Positions 62,783 to 64,000 of a DNA stretch of 64,000 nucleotides are shown one piece after another. Numbering within the stretch: the first letter of the stretch is position 1; each line of letters begins with the position of its first letter. The translations under genes were made by a program, and so were the position numbers. The notes under the pieces were generated by a model, which saw only the letters and a list, made by a program, of their open reading frames with translations, searched no databases and had not been told where the DNA came from. The stretch comes from Sminthopsis crassicaudata (Eukaryota). The stretch spans positions 227,182,454 to 227,246,453 of the forward strand of contig NC_133619.1 in the NCBI RefSeq assembly GCF_048593235.1, read 5' to 3'.

Positions 62783-62899
62783 AGCATCTTTTAAACATTA
62801 CAGTACTATATAAATGTCATTATCATTCACTTGGTGTCTAGCATCTTTTAAACATTACAGTACTATATAAATGTCATTATCATTCACTTGGTGTCTAGC
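62783..62899. repeat. Perfect 57-bp tandem duplication
   Basis: gcatcttttaaacattacagtactatataaatgtcattatcattcacttggtgtcta occurs at 62784-62840 and 62841-62897. Confidence 0.97.
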
Positions 62900-64000
62900 T
62901 TTTTCCCATCACCACCCACTTACTTTCTTCATCCCCATATATGTAAATATACATCTATGCTTATATTCCTATATTTAACTATGATTGCCATATTTATCTG
63001 ATAACTGAATAAACATCCTCTTAATGAATGGAATGAGGGGTAAAGTTATAGAGAGTTCTCTATCATTGGAGCTGTTCAAGCTGAAGGTAGATCTCAGTGA
63101 TGTCACAGAGTGAAAACAATAGGTGAGGAAGAGACTGAGACATAGTTCTAGGCCTATACTTGGGCCCCTTTCTATGAGCATCTCTGGTCCTTTGCTAAAA
63201 GGTATATGATACTCAGACTCTTGATGGATTAATTCCTTGTTCCCTGGATGGTTGAGGTTGGGTCAAGAAATAATTGGACAAAAAGTCAGGAGGAAATCTC
63301 TCCCTTTAGTTGGCTATGAGAAGGAAGTTCTCTCTTTTTGGGACTCTGCTAGTTCTTTCCTGGACTAAATTAGGGTGTTGAGGGGGAGGCACCAAACCTG
63401 AAATGGTTACATATAGTTCAAGACATAGCAGCAAGAACAGTTATCTGCCAAAGTAACAATGAGTCCCTGGCTGTCTTCATTTGTTCTTGTGTTTCTCCAT
63501 TAAGCCAGAAATCTGAAATCTTGAGAGATGAGAATTTTAGCCTTGGCAACTACCCTCCTGAGTATGCAGAAAAAAAACCCTCAAAGGACAAGAAAGTATT
63601 GGCTTTCTATCCACAATGATTATTCTCTTTTGTTTTCCCCAAATACACTTATCTTTCTTTAAGAGGGGGGGAAAAATACATATATCTTTAGATGTTCTGC
63701 TTACTGACTGCTATAAGCACTAGTTGTTACTAATGATGATTATATTTCCTGAAAACAATTTTTCTCCTCACCCCATCAGGGGATGGTAGGAAATATACCA
63801 AATGAAAAAGAAATATTTAAATATTGAAAGACTCAACTGGATCTGATCTCATTTTGAGAGTTCTCTATATCTACTCATCCTCCATGTTTTTCCAAAAGTT
63901 TCTACAAGGTATCTATCCAAATGATAGGGATCCTCCTCATTTTCTCCCAGAAGAAGAGTACTAAGTAATGAAGGGCTCTGGCTGTCCATGTGAATCCCCA

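Noticed and set aside
58904-62899. CRISPR-like arrays (69-bp and 57-bp repeats)
   Set aside because: The repeats are head-to-tail with no unique spacers, there are no cas genes, and the context is a mammalian genome.

Overview
This is mammalian DNA, almost certainly marsupial, judged from the RTE LINE, CORE-SINE and L1 content. The gene order matches the human 2p23.3 block: tRNA-Tyr(GTA, intron-containing), tRNA-Ala(AGC), AGBL5/CCP5 (+), OST4 (-), EMILIN1 (+), KHK (+), CGREF1 (-). All five coding models were built by hand from GT-AG sites with consistent phases: AGBL5 884 aa, OST4 37 aa, EMILIN1 1010 aa, KHK 298 aa (both mutually exclusive exons 3A and 3C), CGREF1 317 aa. I found no wholly new gene system. 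The most interesting signals are: (1) the AGBL5 C-terminal isoform architecture, with a 47-nt frameshifting cassette exon that makes the next exon dual-coding, an intronic polyadenylation isoform and a candidate poison exon; (2) a perfect 26-bp-stem hairpin of pre-miRNA size; (3) a 69-bp coding repeat in CGREF1; (4) a strong CTCF motif between EMILIN1 and KHK; (5) an orphan CpG island with a CArG box; (6) a candidate antisense small ORF beside the tRNAs. Comparisons with human or mouse are from memory and need database confirmation. Repeat boundaries are approximate. There is one 165-nt N gap.
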